Source of the DNA: Adineta vaga
Lineage: Eukaryota > Animalia > Rotifera
Length of the DNA stretch: 64,000 nucleotides
Direction of reading: 5' to 3'
Assembly (NCBI GenBank): GCA_021613535.1
Contig: CP075497.1
Location: forward strand, 12,958,001-13,022,000
The notes under the pieces are model-generated. The model saw nothing but the letters and a program-made list of their open reading frames with translations, was not told the origin of the DNA and searched no databases. Below, piece by piece: positions 63,897 to 64,000 of this stretch; position 1 is the stretch's first letter, and the number at the start of each line of letters is the position of its first letter. Both the position numbers and the translations under genes were made by a program.

Positions 63897-64000
63897 TCAT
63901 TAGAACGATATGAGAATATGAGTGCAGCTTGTTTTTACAGTATGATAATACATAAATATAGGAAAGAAATCGAATGCAAAATAAAGTACATTTGATTACC

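Overview
AT-rich eukaryotic genomic DNA with short (about 45-60 nt) GT-AG introns. The gene content (ART-TPR, NHL and FG-GAP propellers, divergent 7TM receptors, FEM1-like, i-type lysozyme) and TGTGGG/TGAGGG motifs point to a bdelloid rotifer (inference). About 25 genes and pseudogenes are present, many involved in sensing or defence and several carrying nonsense or frameshift lesions. Highlights: (1) two large genes each encode exactly three tandem copies of a 2-TM, Cys-rich ectodomain module with DEG/ENaC/P2X-like topology, i.e. a putative single-chain pseudo-trimeric channel, and one adds a 7th TM, a Thr stalk and an FG-GAP propeller; (2) a dispersed family of short hairpins built from inverted telomere-like repeats, mostly intergenic; (3) a two-copy structured element that is a candidate ncRNA; (4) a secreted prepropeptide with omega-conotoxin-type cystine-knot spacing next to an i-type lysozyme; (5) an intact ART-TPR gene next to a catalytically degenerate, stop-interrupted paralog. 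All gene models and family calls were made by eye, without searches.
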